Part shown: positions 60,015 to 64,000 of the stretch, piece by piece
Position numbering within the stretch: position 1 is the stretch's first letter
How the letters are laid out: every line of letters begins with the position of its first letter
Translations under genes and position numbers: made by a program
Notes under the pieces: generated by a model
Told to the model about the DNA's origin: nothing
Database searches by the model: none
The model's input: only the letters and a program-made list of their open reading frames with translations
From: Mobula hypostoma
Lineage: Eukaryota
Length of the DNA: 64,000 bases
Assembly: GCF_963921235.1 (NCBI RefSeq)
Contig: NC_086097.1
Span: forward strand, 93,312,001 to 93,376,000
Reading direction: 5' to 3'

Positions 60015-61919
60015 CCTTATATAGCTGTAACATTACCTCTCAGCTCTTGAACTCAATCCCACATGTCCCATCTATCACACCTTGAGCCTCCCAAGTGATC
60101 TGAAGTTCATCTGGTTTCAGCTCCACCTCCTTGTTAGAAGCTACAGCTGGATGCACTTCTCGCTGTTGTAGTTGGCAGGGATACTGGAGGTTTCCCTGAC
60201 TTTCCCTATACCCCAAGAGGAGTATTCCACTATCCTGCCTGGCATCTTTACTCTCCTAGATGAGCAGATATAAAGAAGGGAAGGAGGGAAAAAACTTAAC
60301 CTTGAGCTTTTGTGTTTTTTTTTTGCTTTTGCTAAATGAAGCCTCTATTCGCTGAAGACTCGAAGAGCTAAAGCCTCAAGATCACCACTCATGACAGCCG
60401 CTGCGATGATGGCCACTGTGCCTGCCCCTGCCTTCCTTCAATTTGCTCTCGCTAATCAATTCCAAATGCGGATTGGTCGCTGGTCAAACCTCTTTTTCGC
60501 TGTAGCACTTCACTTCTCCCTTTTCTACACGGGTACTGGACCTTGGATCTCCTGTAGCTTGGGCTCCAGTCAAGCCTACCACAGTTGTCAAATGTTTCAG
60601 TCACGTCCACATGAACAACTTCTGCCATGTCCTCAATCTTTTTAGTTATCCTTCTCAAAAATACCGTCAGCTTTAGAGACATAGAAAACCTACAGTACAA
60701 TAAGGCCCTTCAGCCCAGAATGCTGTGCTGAACATGTACTTACTTTAGAAGTTACCGAGGGTTACCCATAGTCCTCTATTTTTCTAAGCTTTTCTAAATT
60801 ATATTCCAAAACAGAATCACATATCCACCTTGATCTTCCTAAGCCTTGCAAATGTATGTGATTACGTGAAGTTGTACAGAGATCGTTCCACTGCAGTCTA
60901 TTTGAATAAACCACTTGTGAACTACTTATGTTCTCCAACCCAAACTTGCCTGTTGTGGAGCATGTAGTATTGCCAGGGTGATGGTGGGGGATGGAATGGT
61001 CAATGTGAATATTACTAGTAATTCTCATGAGTTTTGCCAAGTCTATATCATGGAAAGGTAAATCTAAATGAGTAGAGAGATATTGGTGTCAGTTTACACA
61101 GGACCTTAAAATGTAGCATATAAAGTTGACAAAGTGGTTTAAAATTAATGTAACAAATCACTTGAGTTTATAAATGAAGGGGGATAAAGCTTTGTACGTA
61201 GAAAAGATAAAGAAGGCAGAGATGTTTACTAGGATGTTACCAGGAGTGAGGCACAGGTTATCAAAGAGGTTGGATCTTAGAATTGTTCTCCATTTACAGA
61301 AGTTAAGTGAAGATTATCGAGATGTTAGGAGATTCCTGAACATAGAGAAACAATATTCATAGACCTAAGAAGTGGTTCAGTGACTTTATATTCTAGATTT
61401 TAAAACATCAGCAAAAGGCTGAGAAAGGCAATGATAATTATTTTTCATCAAAATTGTTGGAATCTAGAATGTTCTATAAACAAGTGCTGATAAACTTGCA
61501 GATTTTAAAGACAGCAAGTGGGAATTTAGGAATGAGTAAATTAGGATTGCAAAGAGCTAGTCGGGTATGATTGGCCAGCCTGTCTCTTTCTGTGATGAAT
61601 AATTAATTGTCAGCAATGTCATATATTGCTCTGATTTACGTAGTTATTAGGGGAAGTAAAGGTAAATTTGAGGGCTTGAACAAAATTAATATATTAAGTG
61701 TTCATTTCTCTTTTCACTTCAGTACAGCAGAAAGCAGATTACAATAAAGGATTTGTCCTTGTTGAAGGATATGTACATTGTGATATGTTTTCCTCTACAC
61801 AAAGCCATTCCTGCTCTGCCTTTCCAAATTTACATAAATCCTATCCATTAAGATTTTCTCTGATATACCCCTCACACTGATGCAAGGGCTGTAGTTTTCT
61901 GGTTTATCCTTTTAGAAGA

Positions 61920-62100
61920 TCAACAGGTCAGACAGCATCTATGGAGGGAATAAACAGTTGGCATTTCAAGCCAAGACCATTCATCAGGACTGGAAAGGAA
62001 AGGGAAGAAGCCAGAATATGAAGATGGGGGAGGGGAAGGAGTACAGGCTGGCAGCTGATGGGTGAAACCAGTTGAGGGGAAGGTGGGTGGGTGAGGGGGA
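61920..62100 (-). mobile_element. Penelope fragment with a degenerate hammerhead
   Basis: Minus strand CTGATGA-ATGGTCTTGGCTT-GAAATGCC (about 61958-61987). Confidence 0.65.
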
Positions 62101-62938
62101 TCTACACAGATGACCTTCAAGGATGCCCAAGGGGAGTACAGCCCATTGCTCAACTCTTTACACTCATGACTGTGTGGCTGAGCACAGCTCAAGCATCATG
62201 TATAAATTCCCAGATGACACCACTGGTGTTGGTAAAATCTCAGATGGCAATGGGGAGATGTACAGGAGTAAGGCAGATCGGCTAGTTGAGTTGTGTCACA
62301 AGGACTTTGCACTCAACATCAGCAAGACTAAGGAATTGATTGTGAACTTGAAGAAAGCTAAATCAGCAGCAGTTTTAATTTCCTGAGTGCCTACATCTCA
62401 GGATCTGTCATAAGCCCAACACATTGATGCAGTCGCAAAGAAGCTCTACTCCATTATGACTTTAAGGAGCTATCACAAAAGACTTGCAACTTTCTGTAGA
62501 TGTACGATAGAGAGTCTTCTGGCTGGTTTCATCACAGTCTGGTTTGAGGCTCTGAGATTACAAGAAGTTACAGAAGGTTGTAGCCAGTTCCATTAAAGGC
62601 ACAACCCTCTCCACCAATGAGGACATACTTCAAGAAACAGTACCTCCAAAAAGAGGCCTCCATCATTAAGGACCCTCACCATCCAGGATGTACATTTTTC
62701 TCATTATTACCATTAGGAAGGAAGTGCAGTAACCTGAAGGCTAAGCAATTCCGAAACAGCTGCTTCTCCTCTGCCATCAGATTTCTGAACAGTTCCATGA
62801 ACGCAACCTAATTTCTTTTTATGTATTTATTTTTTTTTGTAATTTATTGTAATTTTTTGTCATGGCACTGTTCTGTTACCACAGAACATCAAATTTCACA
62901 TCATATAACATAGTGATAATGAACCTGATTCTGATTTC
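62100..62938 (+). mobile_element. Rex1 LINE fragment
   Basis: LYTHDCVAEHSS..YKFPDDTT..LNISKTKELIV; EASIIKDPHHPG; CTGATT tail. Confidence 0.85.
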
Positions 62939-63079
62939 CAGCATTGTGGAATTTGGTTTTCTGCAACTGACGTTCTGTGACCTCTATCGTAGGAGTGACT
63001 GAAATGAGGGATTCATCAGAGGCTACAAGTAGAGCACCATATGTACTCTGTAGACTTGCAAGCTGGAGTCGGAAAAAAG

Positions 63080-63410
63080 GAATTACGTTGTTTTTGGTAC
63101 TTTTCATGCTGCCTTTGGAGCATCCATGGGTGTAGTAAAGCGGCACTTTTGTAATGCCATTTTGTTCACAGTGTACTCCCCAAAGAGGAAATTGTCAATA
63201 ACTAGATAATATTTTTAAACAGTCAGGACTGAGGCATGAACTTGTTCAGAATAGTGGAGTCGACTGGCATTTGAAATAGTGGTATCTGCTTAGTGAGCCA
63301 ATGCTTTGCATTGGAGTGCCAGCATAGACTTTTGTGTTTGAATTGCTAGAGTGGGACTTAGATCGAGAACATGACTGAAGAAAAGTGATGGTGTTACCAG
63401 CTGAGCCTTG
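63080..63410 (-). mobile_element. Ancient Deu-type SINE (SacSINE1/AmnSINE1-like)
   Basis: GAGTGCCAGCATAGACTTTTGTG..GAGTGGGACTTAGA..CAGCTGAGCC resembles, from memory, the reverse of the DeuSINE head. Confidence 0.5.
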
Positions 63411-63439
63411 GCTGAGATGTGTTACCGAAATAGAGTGAC

Positions 63440-63700
63440 ACTAATACTGCGGGTAGTGCCGCAGATACACAGCTCCAGCAACCCCGGTAGGACTCTGACA
63501 TTGGTGTAGTTGGTGTGTGAGAATGCATGTTCCTCTTGTGAATGTTGGGGGTTCTTCCCACTGCATCTACAGCAGATACACGGGTTACTAGGTGAATGCA
63601 ACCCTGTAGGTTATTTCCAGTGTAAGTGAGTGGCAGGAGGGTCGCGAGTATTAACAGATGTATGTGAGAGAGTAGGTGACAGGAAATAAGTGAGGGAATG
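63440..63700 (+). mobile_element. Degenerate V-SINE
   Basis: ACAGCTCCAGCAACCCCGGT head, then TGTGAGAATGCATGTTCCTCTTGTGA..GGGTT V-like domain. Confidence 0.55.
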
Positions 63701-63849
63701 GCACTGATTGGATCGTTCTGACATTGGCACCGATTTGGTGGGTGGAATGGCATCCTTCTGTGTCATAGGGAAACATGAAGTAGAGTGAACTATGGTGGTG
63801 AAGTTGGGATGAAGTAAATCGATTTGGTATTCCAACAGTTGAAGGAATG

Positions 63850-64000
63850 TTTCCCTCCCCTTCCCCTCTTCTTCTATTCCCCACTCTGGTCTCTTACAGT
63901 ACCTCCCTCTGGGCCCTCTCCTTCTTCCCTTTCTCCTATGGTCCACTCTCCTCTCCTATCAAATTCTTTCTTCTCCACCCCTTTACCTTTCCCACCCAGC
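63850..64000 (+). mobile_element. Penelope fragment, runs off the window
   Basis: Homologous to 7120-7215. Confidence 0.65.

Larger units (their letters stand above)
59115..60065 (-). mobile_element. CR1 3' fragment nested in CR1 ORF1; an identical-family tail lies at 60680-60790
   Basis: LVRPHLEYCAQ; ATAGAAAACCTACAGCACAATA tail. Confidence 0.8.
53935..60470 (-). mobile_element. Near full-length decayed CR1 (5' UTR, esterase ORF1, ORF2) with several nested insertions
   Basis: VMIHVGTNDMG and DSLHLNW (ORF1); LNACSTRNK (EN); YLDFQKAFD, GVPKGSTLGP, KFADN (RT). Confidence 0.88.

Overview
Eukaryotic, vertebrate-type DNA made up almost entirely of nested, mostly decayed transposable elements. The mix (CR1 LINEs with an esterase ORF1, Rex1/Babar, L1, Nimb, Penelope, V-SINE/HE1- and Deu-type SINEs, hAT, Tc1/mariner) suggests a cartilaginous fish, probably a ray; this is an inference from recalled repeat families, not a database result. 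I found no intact host protein-coding gene. The main host feature is a CpG-island promoter at about 50.9-51.7 kb with paired CACGTG boxes and a probable non-coding first exon (donor CAG|GTGAGC at 51687/51688). The most notable items are: (1) short, TSD-flanked, fold-back Penelope insertions, some carrying minimal hammerhead ribozymes; (2) a TSD-flanked L1 that keeps ORF1 but lacks nearly all of ORF2, inside a four-level nest; (3) an endogenous retrovirus relic with gag joined to RNaseH-IN and split by a solo LTR; (4) a full-length TSD-flanked Nimb LINE pointing away from the CpG island; (5) a structured RTE-type non-autonomous element; (6) an unexplained array with a 42-46 bp period at 3.67-3.91 kb. 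Family names come from motif recognition by eye, and ends without a TSD or TIR are approximate.
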